Of a stretch of 13,928 nucleotides of DNA, positions 1 through 7,518 are shown piece by piece (the first letter of the stretch is position 1; every line of letters begins with the position of its first letter). The notes under the pieces were generated by a model. It was not told the origin of the DNA, made no database searches, and saw only the letters and a list, made by a program, of their open reading frames with translations. The stretch covers positions 23,530-37,457 of the forward strand of contig CAYRPF010000005.1 in the NCBI GenBank assembly GCA_964426185.1, read 5' to 3'. A program made the position numbers and the translations under genes. Origin of the DNA: an uncultured archaeon. GTDB taxonomy: Archaea > Asgardarchaeota > Lokiarchaeia > Sigyniarchaeales > Promethearchaeaceae.

Positions 1-14
1 ATAAGAAATTCTAG

Positions 15-55
15 AAAAAAGGCAAAAAAGTTATTCGAGTGAAAATCTCGATTAA
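15..55 (-). terminator. Stop-codon-overlapping hairpin plus U-tracts of the histone gene
   Basis: Minus strand TTA-A-TCGAG attttca CTCGA-A-TAA followed by two T6 runs. Confidence 0.6.
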
Positions 56-282
56 TCAAAATCTTCTTTTTGAATGGTGATCCTTTTTAATTCGCCTTTT
101 GACGAACCTTTGGATTTTCGCGGTAATTTATCAATAAGTTCTTTTGCCGCGGCTTCTACTGCTTTATCTAAATATTCGTGGACTAAATCTTTTGCCTCAC
201 CTGAAATGCGAATCTTCTTATCTCCTTCCACGAATAATTCTTTTACCTTCGAGACACGAATGTATTTGGTATCATAACCCAT
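52..282 (-). CDS. Divergent archaeal histone-fold protein (alpha3-truncated, basic insertion before L2)
   Basis: Histone-fold pattern: alpha1 IRVSKVKELF, L1 IRISGEA (cf. RVSxDA), amphipathic alpha2, L2 RITIQKED (RxTxxxxD). ATG at 282 is preferred over TTG 291 because GGAGA (296-292) lies 9 nt upstream. TATA TTTAAATA at 365-358. Confidence 0.8.
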   Translation of the reverse strand: MGYDTKYIRVSKVKELFVEGDKKIRISGEAKDLVHEYLDKAVEAAAKELIDKLPRKSKGSSKGELKRITIQKEDFD

Positions 283-365
283 AATAATCAATCTCCAATA
301 TAATTATCTTCGAATCGGATCTGAAATCTGATTCTTAATTAGATTACTGAGCCCATCTATTTAAA
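283..365 (-). promoter_or_regulatory. TATA box, leader hairpin and Shine-Dalgarno of the histone gene
   Basis: TTTAAATA (365-358); GAATCAGAT-ttcag-ATCCGATTC hairpin with one mismatch (334-312); GGAGA (296-292). Confidence 0.55.
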
Positions 366-554
366 TATATGGTTAATTTAGGAAGAAACAGAAGGAAAAG
401 CGACAAAAATCCAAAAAAAATAGTATTTTAACGAGATATGAAGTTTATCCCAGCAGAAATTGATGAGTTTGATCCATTTTTGAGATGAAGTGCGTATAAC
501 TTCGCAAAATTGGGAGTAAATTTCGCTGATCTAAATACTACATACTCCTTCAAT

Positions 555-575
555 TATTTAAATCTTTTGGGAATT
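555..575 (-). promoter_or_regulatory. Second, distal BRE/TATA-like element upstream of the histone gene
   Basis: Minus strand AATTCCCAAAAGATTTAAATA nearly matches AATTCCCAAACATTTAAATA at 12647-12666 upstream of the other histone. Confidence 0.45.
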
Positions 576-839
576 GTGACAAAATAATTAACAGATTTCC
601 CACATTGTGGCAATTTTATCCCCGTTTTGCATAAATAGAACAAAAAGAAAAAATAAGCCATATGGGAGTTACAGCGCTTTTTGAGGTGATCTTGCTGATA
701 TCATTAATTTTATGACTCACAACTAGATTAAACTTGAAAAGTATTAATTCTGCAAGATTATTTCCTAGAAAATGATTTTAGGATAGTTGGAGGTTTTGTG
801 GGAATTTAATGGTTAGAAGATATATCAGAGAAAAAAAGC

Positions 840-1070
840 TTAATTTATAGGTTGAGAAGGATTCATTTCCATTTGTGAAGCATAATTTCGTGAATTCTTC
901 ATGTATAAGTAAATTAATACACCCGCATATACTAAAGCAAGTAATCCCATGGTTATGGCTAATGCTGTATTGTGTAAAATGATCGATTTGACAAATTGAT
1001 AAATTGGGTATAGAATGAACAGCGCGCTTAATCGAAGCCTATTGCGATATTTCTGGGTCAGTGTGCTCAT
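840..1070 (-). CDS. Small membrane protein with two predicted TM helices, unknown function
   Basis: 76-aa ORF with a basic N-terminus and two hydrophobic stretches (LSALFILYPIYQFV; ALAITMGLLALVYAGVLIYLYM); T-rich tract after the stop. Confidence 0.65.
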   Translation of the reverse strand: MSTLTQKYRNRLRLSALFILYPIYQFVKSIILHNTALAITMGLLALVYAGVLIYLYMKNSRNYASQMEMNPSQPIN

Positions 1071-1164
1071 ACTTAATGCTAATAAGATAATATGGGATAA
1101 AAATTTTCAGATTTTTAAAAATATATGAAAAAATGGAGTGCAAAAAGAGAAAAAAGCCTTCGAA

Positions 1165-2616
1165 TTAATTTGCACGTATCGATGATGTGGATTTTTGTTT
1201 TAAGATGCTTAGGTTATGAAGCCGTTTGAGATATTTCTTTTCCCATACTTGCCACCTTTTATTCAATCTATTTGCATAGATTCCAACCAGAAATTCGACA
1301 ATTTTCCCTTTAAAAAGTTTCTTAAATACATATCGGAATCGGTAAAAACGAGAATGAGACCAGATTTGCATCTTTTGTAATTCCCATAAGGTGAAATTTT
1401 TAGGAACAAATTTTACATGGTGAGTATCAAATTCCTGCCAGTAGTTGTCAATCCATCGATTAGTCCTTTTCATTTCGTAATAAAATTCAGTACCCGGCAA
1501 AGGTGTTAAAATTAGAAATTGAGCCGTTCCAATTTTCTGACGAATGGCAAATTTAACAGTATTCTTAATGGTTTCTTTGGTGTCAGAATCAAATCCGAGG
1601 ACAAACATCCCATGAATCATGATTTTTCGCTTATGAATTTCTTTAATGGCCCATTTTATATCTTCTACCGATTGTTGTTTCTTCATTTCTACCAGTGAAT
1701 CTGGATTTATACTTTCAAAACCAATATAAAGGGTAACACAACCGGCTTTTCGCATTAAGTCAAGAAGCTCAGGATCTTTTGCAATATCCACCCTTACTTG
1801 GGTGCTCCATTGGAATTTTCCTCCAAAATCCGCCTCATGGGCGATCATTTCTAGCAACAAATGTTTAGTTCTCTTCTTATTTGCTGAGAAATTATCGTCA
1901 TAAAAGAAAATAATATACTTTTTGGGATCATATTGCTTCAATTCTTCGATTATATTTGCTACTGATCTATATCTAAATTGTCGCCCGAACATCGCGGTAA
2001 CTGAGCAAAATTTACAGTTAAAAGGGCAACCTCGAGAAGTTTGGAAAGGAACAGTAGGTTTTAAGGATACACCATTCATTTTCACACCACCTGTATCAAG
2101 TAAACTCCAATCTGGAAAGGGCAAACTGTCTAAATCTTCGATCATAGGTGGGAGAGGATTATGGCGAATTTCATTTCCTTCTTTCCACGATAATCCGGGC
2201 ACTTCAGCCAATGATGTTCCTTCATTCAAGGCTTTTACTAACGCGGGTAGAGGAATTTCTCCTTCACCTCGAATTACAAAGTCACAATGTTCCAATGCCT
2301 CTTCCGGTAAAGCAGTAACATGTGGACCCCCAATTACAATTGGAATTCTTTTATTTCGGTATTCTTCAGCAATTTGATATGCTATGGGGGCGGTTGTAGT
2401 AATAGTTGAAAGACAGAGTAGATCTGTTCGAATATTTAAGGAAAGGAAGTCTTTCTTTTTCAAATAAAATGCGCGTGTGTTGAAGCCTAAATCACGCATA
2501 ATTGTTGCCAATAAAGTAGATCCTATTCGAGGAAGCTGAAATTTCGAATAAATATGCAGCTTTTCTGTCCTAGGTTCGCAGAAAATTATATTATTTATTT
2601 TTCGGGATTGTAGCAT
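1165..2616 (-). CDS. Cobalamin (B12)-binding radical SAM protein
   Basis: B12-binding domain signature IVIGGPHVT...DFVIRGEGE; CxxxCxxC in SRGCPFNCKFC; FYDDNF, IGFES, TPLPGT. Start is ATG 2616 or TTG 2619. Confidence 0.92.
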   Translation of the reverse strand: MLQSRKINNIIFCEPRTEKLHIYSKFQLPRIGSTLLATIMRDLGFNTRAFYLKKKDFLSLNIRTDLLCLSTITTTAPIAYQIAEEYRNKRIPIVIGGPHVTALPEEALEHCDFVIRGEGEIPLPALVKALNEGTSLAEVPGLSWKEGNEIRHNPLPPMIEDLDSLPFPDWSLLDTGGVKMNGVSLKPTVPFQTSRGCPFNCKFCSVTAMFGRQFRYRSVANIIEELKQYDPKKYIIFFYDDNFSANKKRTKHLLLEMIAHEADFGGKFQWSTQVRVDIAKDPELLDLMRKAGCVTLYIGFESINPDSLVEMKKQQSVEDIKWAIKEIHKRKIMIHGMFVLGFDSDTKETIKNTVKFAIRQKIGTAQFLILTPLPGTEFYYEMKRTNRWIDNYWQEFDTHHVKFVPKNFTLWELQKMQIWSHSRFYRFRYVFKKLFKGKIVEFLVGIYANRLNKRWQVWEKKYLKRLHNLSILKQKSTSSIRAN

Positions 2617-2632
2617 CAATTTTTCACTTTTA

Positions 2633-2707
2633 TAGGTAGATCCAACAAAGTTGTTGATTCTATATAGTAATAGTATAAGCCTTTTTAAACTTTGTTAGAT
2701 CTACTTA
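2633..2707. repeat. 17-20 bp inverted repeat flanking the putative radical SAM promoter
   Basis: GTAGATCCAACAAAGTT (2636-2652) vs AACTTTGTTAGATCTAC (2688-2704): 16/17 complementary, 35-bp spacer. Confidence 0.8.
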
Positions 2708-2752
2708 CTCTTGGGAACTGGTTATTGTAACTTAAAAGATGCAAGAAAAAAG

Positions 2753-3991
2753 TTAAAGAATACTAAGGAGAATGGCTAAAATCAATGCTACAGCAAGTAA
2801 ACCAGATAAAGCCAGCCCAAATTTGGAAAATAGAAAATTCCGAACAATGGGAACTTTAAATTTGATAGCTTCCTGTGGGCAAAGTTCGGAACAGCAAAAA
2901 CAAGTAATACATTTCTTTTTATCCCAAATTGGTACAGTTTCTCCGATTTTTTTATTCTCTGGAGGCAAAAGTGCTTGAACTGGACAGTTGGACCAACAAA
3001 TTCCGCATAAAATACATGCATTTGGATCTGCTTTCCATCGCGCCCGATATAGAATTTTAGCCGCATAATTATGAATGGATGATGGCACGAGTTTTAGTAA
3101 TTGTATAGGGAATTTTCTGGGTGCTTTGAATTTTCTGGCCACATTTTGGGGCGATTCCCCCACTAATGTAAATTTATCCAAATCAAGCGAGCCGATTCCC
3201 TTCTTAATTCCAGGTTCAAAATATGGGATTAATTTCGGATCTAATCCTATTAGTTCGCTAACCAATCTATCAAGAGCTAAACCATCATATCCCGCCAGAA
3301 TTAAATTCCACTTAACTACATTCCCTGCTGCAGGACCGTGTCCTTCCATAGCATAATATCCATCAATTAGTGTTAAATGTGGTTTTACGGTGGAATAGAT
3401 ATCGACCAGAGCTGCTGAAAATTTATCCACATTTGGAAAAAGAGTATGAACTTTTGCCTTATTCCCTAAAAGCACTGTGCCAAAAATATTTTTGATTGAA
3501 CATGTAAGTGTGCATAATTCATGTGTTTTCACCTTTGGTACATTGATAATTATGTCCGATTCGGCGATTAAGGAACTACTAATATATTCATGAAAAACTA
3601 AAGGATCTGGAACGGTATACATGACTCGGGGCGATTTTTCAAACGGAATACAGTCAATTCCTTCTTGAACGCAGATTTTTTTAATACCAGAACCTTTCAT
3701 GGCATTTTCAGTAGCTTTAGGATTATTACCTCCAGAACTATCACAAACCAAGATTCGTTTGGGTTTAAATTGTTTAACCCATTGAATTACCGCCTGTAAT
3801 ACTAAAGGATGCGTAGTGACAGCGCGTTCAGGCGGCTTTCCCGAGAGAATATTCGGTTTAATTAGAACGTGCAATCCTTTTTGAGAGAACAAGCTAGATG
3901 CATGAATATCTTCCAAAGCTTGAAAAACTGCTGTGCGAACGTCGTCCTTGTAAATTTTCCGCAGAGAAATAAGCTGTTTAAAAGCATTCAT
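2753..3991 (-). CDS. DUF362 family protein with 2x[4Fe-4S] ferredoxin domain and C-terminal membrane anchor
   Basis: KPNIL...TTHP, NVPKVKTH, SIKNIFG and DGYYAMEGHGP motifs; CILCGICWSNCP and CITCFCCSELCP; terminal hydrophobic helix FGLALSGLLAVALILAILLSIL. Confidence 0.88.
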   Translation of the reverse strand: MNAFKQLISLRKIYKDDVRTAVFQALEDIHASSLFSQKGLHVLIKPNILSGKPPERAVTTHPLVLQAVIQWVKQFKPKRILVCDSSGGNNPKATENAMKGSGIKKICVQEGIDCIPFEKSPRVMYTVPDPLVFHEYISSSLIAESDIIINVPKVKTHELCTLTCSIKNIFGTVLLGNKAKVHTLFPNVDKFSAALVDIYSTVKPHLTLIDGYYAMEGHGPAAGNVVKWNLILAGYDGLALDRLVSELIGLDPKLIPYFEPGIKKGIGSLDLDKFTLVGESPQNVARKFKAPRKFPIQLLKLVPSSIHNYAAKILYRARWKADPNACILCGICWSNCPVQALLPPENKKIGETVPIWDKKKCITCFCCSELCPQEAIKFKVPIVRNFLFSKFGLALSGLLAVALILAILLSIL

Positions 3992-4021
3992 GATTATGAA
4001 TCATCTTAGAAGTAAATAAAT

Positions 4022-4906
4022 TTATATAGTAAATATTTCAGAGTGAAATTCTTCGCTTAGCGTGGGATCATTTACCTTTACTGTTTTTAATCGTTCCAAG
4101 GCAATTTCACAATAACGTTTGGATATATCTATGCCTATAAATTTGCGATGGAGCGAATAAGCCATTTTAGTTGTTGTACCGGCCCCATTCAATGGATCTA
4201 GGACTAAATCTCCTTCATTACTCCATGATACAATATGATCACGTGCCAAAGCTTCAGGAAACAAAGCGGGGTGTTCATAAGCACAATCATCTTTGGTGGT
4301 GTGCCCTTTTCCAGTTTTATATCGCCAAATATTAAACCTCATTCCGTATTCCTTCACGGTTATGCGGCTAGTATCTCCTGAATGTGAAATACTACCATCT
4401 TTTTTCCTTCTCTTTTTAGAAAATGTATACTGGGCTTTATTTGGCCGGTCCATCAAAGGGTTAAAAGTTTTTGGTCTTCCCTTTGAAAATACAAACATAT
4501 ATTCAAAAATTTGGTGATATCGACGCTTTGAAGGAAATGCAAACCCTGATTTTTCATAAATCATGGTATCATGCAGTTTAAATCCAATTTCCTTAAATTC
4601 CAAAGCCTGCTTGAAGGAACTACCCGTTTCTGATCCATCAACTGTGCTATCACCGATAACCCAAACCACAACTCCGCCTGGTTTTGTAATACGAAATAAG
4701 TTTTTTGCCAGCAATTCAAAATTGAACGAATAACCTTGATAATCCCGAAGTTTGTCGTATGGTGGACTGGTTACTGTTAAATCAATAATGTTATCAGGTA
4801 TTTTGGACAAAATTTTTCCTACATCACCCTCAACTATCGTGTTTAAGGGAATAAAGTGTGAATCACTGGTTTTTCTGGATAAATCCATTGGTGTGCGTAT
4901 GTTCAT
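4022..4906 (-). CDS. Site-specific DNA amino-methyltransferase (N4-C/N6-A, beta class), apparently orphan
   Basis: Catalytic motif IV TSPPY precedes HPALFP and SAM-binding motif I VLDPLNGAGTT, then FIGIDIS. Start uncertain (TTG 4915, ATG 4906 or ATG 4888). TTTATAAA at 4951-4958. Confidence 0.9.
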   Translation of the reverse strand: MNIRTPMDLSRKTSDSHFIPLNTIVEGDVGKILSKIPDNIIDLTVTSPPYDKLRDYQGYSFNFELLAKNLFRITKPGGVVVWVIGDSTVDGSETGSSFKQALEFKEIGFKLHDTMIYEKSGFAFPSKRRYHQIFEYMFVFSKGRPKTFNPLMDRPNKAQYTFSKKRRKKDGSISHSGDTSRITVKEYGMRFNIWRYKTGKGHTTKDDCAYEHPALFPEALARDHIVSWSNEGDLVLDPLNGAGTTTKMAYSLHRKFIGIDISKRYCEIALERLKTVKVNDPTLSEEFHSEIFTI

Positions 4907-5034
4907 AGTTATCAAATAAAAATCTGATGCGTAATTTATTGATTGATGAATTTATAAATCTTTCTTTCATAGACGGTTGAAATTTTCTCGTTTTGCATTA
5001 AAAAAAAGATTTTTCTTGAGAATTTATGTTATTT

Positions 5035-5078
5035 CAATATATTGGCAACATATTGACAATATATAGGCAATTCAATAG
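5035..5078. promoter_or_regulatory. Tandem 11-bp-period palindromic repeats (putative operator array) in the divergent MTase/plsC intergenic region
   Basis: CAATATATTGG / CAACATATTGA / CAATATATAGG / (degenerate) CAATTCAATAG; the core CAATATATTG is a perfect palindrome. Confidence 0.5.
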
Positions 5079-5140
5079 AAAAGGTTAAAAAGAGAAGGAA
5101 GCATATATTTATATAAACATTTTTTTGATTAAACAATATT

Positions 5141-5956
5141 GTGATGAATAACATGGGCACACGTATGAAACGATTTTTGAAGCATATTATTACTTACAAC
5201 CCCTTGGATTATTTTATTCCACGTCTTCGGGCATTCTATAGAAAAATTGGGATTTTAGATTATTTGGATCAACAAACTTACTGGGTTCTCTGGAAACTTG
5301 TTCGAATTCTAAAAAATAAATTTTTTCCAGGGAAAGTTACTGGAGTTGCCAATGTTCCCATGACCGGTGCAGGTATTTTTATTGCAAATCACAGCCACTT
5401 ATTCGATCCCTTCTTTTCAGCATCACAAGTTCATCGAGAAGTGTATTGGTTGTCGAAAATTGAAAATTTCTATACACCCTTTTTCCGCCCAATTCTTCAA
5501 ACCACAGGGTGCATTCCAGTTCGTCGAGGTCAATCCGATAAAAACGCGATTCGATTAATTCGAAAGAAATTGGAACGTGGAAAGATGGTTGGAATATTTC
5601 CAGAAGGAACCCGGACACGTACTGGTATATTAGGACGTTTCCATACTGGAGCTGCTCGAATGTGTTTAGAGTATGGCATTCCATTTGTTCCTTGCGTAGT
5701 AGTTAATTCATATAAGTGCAAAATAGGCGATAAAATCGATGTTCATATCGGAAAACCACGCTATCCTCCGAAAGGTATAGAAGTTAATTATGAAAATGTG
5801 AAATGGTTTACCGAACTTATGAGACAAGATATTGTAGCATTATTGAAGAAATATGACGTCAACAAGACTATCCAAATTCCGAAAATTATGGAAGAACCCG
5901 CCATTATTCCGTTAAAATATCGAGAATTATATGCAGCTCAGCAAATTCACAAATAA
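5141..5956 (+). CDS. plsC: PlsC-family 1-acyl-sn-glycerol-3-phosphate / lysophospholipid acyltransferase
   Basis: Block I ANHSHLFD (HxxxxD), block II CIPVRR, block III IFPEGTRT, block IV PFVP. Several possible starts between 5141 and about 5165. Confidence 0.88.
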   Translation: MMNNMGTRMKRFLKHIITYNPLDYFIPRLRAFYRKIGILDYLDQQTYWVLWKLVRILKNKFFPGKVTGVANVPMTGAGIFIANHSHLFDPFFSASQVHREVYWLSKIENFYTPFFRPILQTTGCIPVRRGQSDKNAIRLIRKKLERGKMVGIFPEGTRTRTGILGRFHTGAARMCLEYGIPFVPCVVVNSYKCKIGDKIDVHIGKPRYPPKGIEVNYENVKWFTELMRQDIVALLKKYDVNKTIQIPKIMEEPAIIPLKYRELYAAQQIHK

Positions 5957-6015
5957 TTTCATCTAATTTCATTATTTTTTCACTTCATTTTCCTTTGACG
6001 TTTCATTTTCCAATT

Positions 6016-7428
6016 TTAAACTTTCATTTCATTTTTAAATTTCTCAGCGCGTTCTTCTAAAATTGCTTGGATATCTGCAATATCTTTTTTAATTTTTGTG
6101 CGTGCATATATCCACAGAAATACTCCTGGAATCCCGATGGCTGAGCATATGAGCGCAGTTAGCAGATAATCATTATGAGTTAGTGTTAATGCTGCAGCTC
6201 CTATAACAGGTGCTAAACCCGATGCAAATATTTCCAGAAATTGATTAACACTGGAGATAAAACCCTGTGCTTCGGGGAGATTGATGGCTTGTAAGACTGG
6301 AGGTTGATTGGTTAAATATAAAACCCGAGCGGTAATAATTGCAAATATAATAAGTCCGAATAACCAAAAACTCGGTTTTGTTAAAACTGTTTTCCAATCA
6401 ATATAACCATCAGTTGCAATATAATCAAGTGGTGTAAGAAAGGCAACAATTAGACCTACTACAGAAACAGAAACTGCAATTATAATGAAATCCACCCGAA
6501 CTGTGATACCTTTATGTGCTAACTGATCTACTTTTTGAGCAAAGACTACTGCTGTAAGAATGATGGCTGGAAATGCAAAAATGACGAAGAGAATCGAAAC
6601 ATTGTTTGAATCGAGGTTAATAGGCGGCTCCTTTAAGTATGGAATGATTAAGAAGAGAATAACATCAAACAAAATACAAGTAAATATTCCTTCAATTATT
6701 GCTACGATATTGGTGGTTTTAAGGATTGATTTGGAGAAGCTCTCACGTGTCAATTGATAATTGTAGGCAATCTTACTCTTTTTAAGCACTAATGCCAATT
6801 TCTTGGAGGAATGATGCGCACGTGGAGGTTCTTTCAGAAATAATGCAAGAATTACTAAGCAAACTGCTAATAAGATCCCAACTGCAAGAAAGAACCACCT
6901 CCACCACCCTTGCTTGAACGCAATCGCAGATATGATCATACCCAAATTGCTTAAAACCAAATTAATTCCATAATAGATACCAAAAAATTGCGAACGTTGA
7001 GACTCTGTAAGATAATCGCTTGAAATGCTATGAACAAGAGGATAATTTCCTCCCAACCCAATTCCTGCAATTGCATTTGAAATGATAAAAAACAGCAATA
7101 TGTTATTTCCAAAGTGAGAAGGAATAATGGTGAACATCAAGCAGGAAATTGCTGTGAAACTTGTAGTAATCAAGAATAAAACCTTTCGATTAATTCGATC
7201 TGCCAACATTCCAAATAATAATCCTGCAAATGCCCATAACCAAGATCTAAAGGAAAGAATGAGACTGGATTCAATTGCGTGAATGTGAAAAGGGATTGAC
7301 GGCCATATTAAATTCGAAATTTGTACTATATTAATTAAAACTGAAGAATATATCAGCGATACAATACCGTATGTCAAAAAAATGGGCCACAACTTGAACA
7401 AAGGCGATTTTTCTTTGGATATATGCAT
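6016..7428 (-). CDS. MFS transporter
   Basis: About 12 hydrophobic segments; MFS motif A GMLADRINRK; SDY...RSQFFG; WWRWFF; LKEPPR after TM6. Confidence 0.9.
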   Translation of the reverse strand: MHISKEKSPLFKLWPIFLTYGIVSLIYSSVLINIVQISNLIWPSIPFHIHAIESSLILSFRSWLWAFAGLLFGMLADRINRKVLFLITTSFTAISCLMFTIIPSHFGNNILLFFIISNAIAGIGLGGNYPLVHSISSDYLTESQRSQFFGIYYGINLVLSNLGMIISAIAFKQGWWRWFFLAVGILLAVCLVILALFLKEPPRAHHSSKKLALVLKKSKIAYNYQLTRESFSKSILKTTNIVAIIEGIFTCILFDVILFLIIPYLKEPPINLDSNNVSILFVIFAFPAIILTAVVFAQKVDQLAHKGITVRVDFIIIAVSVSVVGLIVAFLTPLDYIATDGYIDWKTVLTKPSFWLFGLIIFAIITARVLYLTNQPPVLQAINLPEAQGFISSVNQFLEIFASGLAPVIGAAALTLTHNDYLLTALICSAIGIPGVFLWIYARTKIKKDIADIQAILEERAEKFKNEMKV

Positions 7429-7518
7429 TAAAGTGCCTCGAGATAATTTTTAATTTTCAAAAAGGCTTGAGATATGTTAATTTTATTGTAACATCTATTG
7501 AAATTTTTGGGGGCAAAA

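Noticed and set aside
74-277. + strand 67-aa ORF
   Set aside because: Antisense shadow of the histone-fold gene.
506-525. AAATTGGGAGTAAATTTCG resembling AAATTGGGGTAATTCG in the leader at 12701
   Set aside because: Needs several gaps and lies in opposite orientation relative to the two histone genes; probably chance.
1922-3356. ORFs 1922-2377 +, 2772-2978 +, 2788-3066 -, 3075-3356 +
   Set aside because: They lie within the well-supported radical SAM and DUF362 genes and show no motifs of their own.
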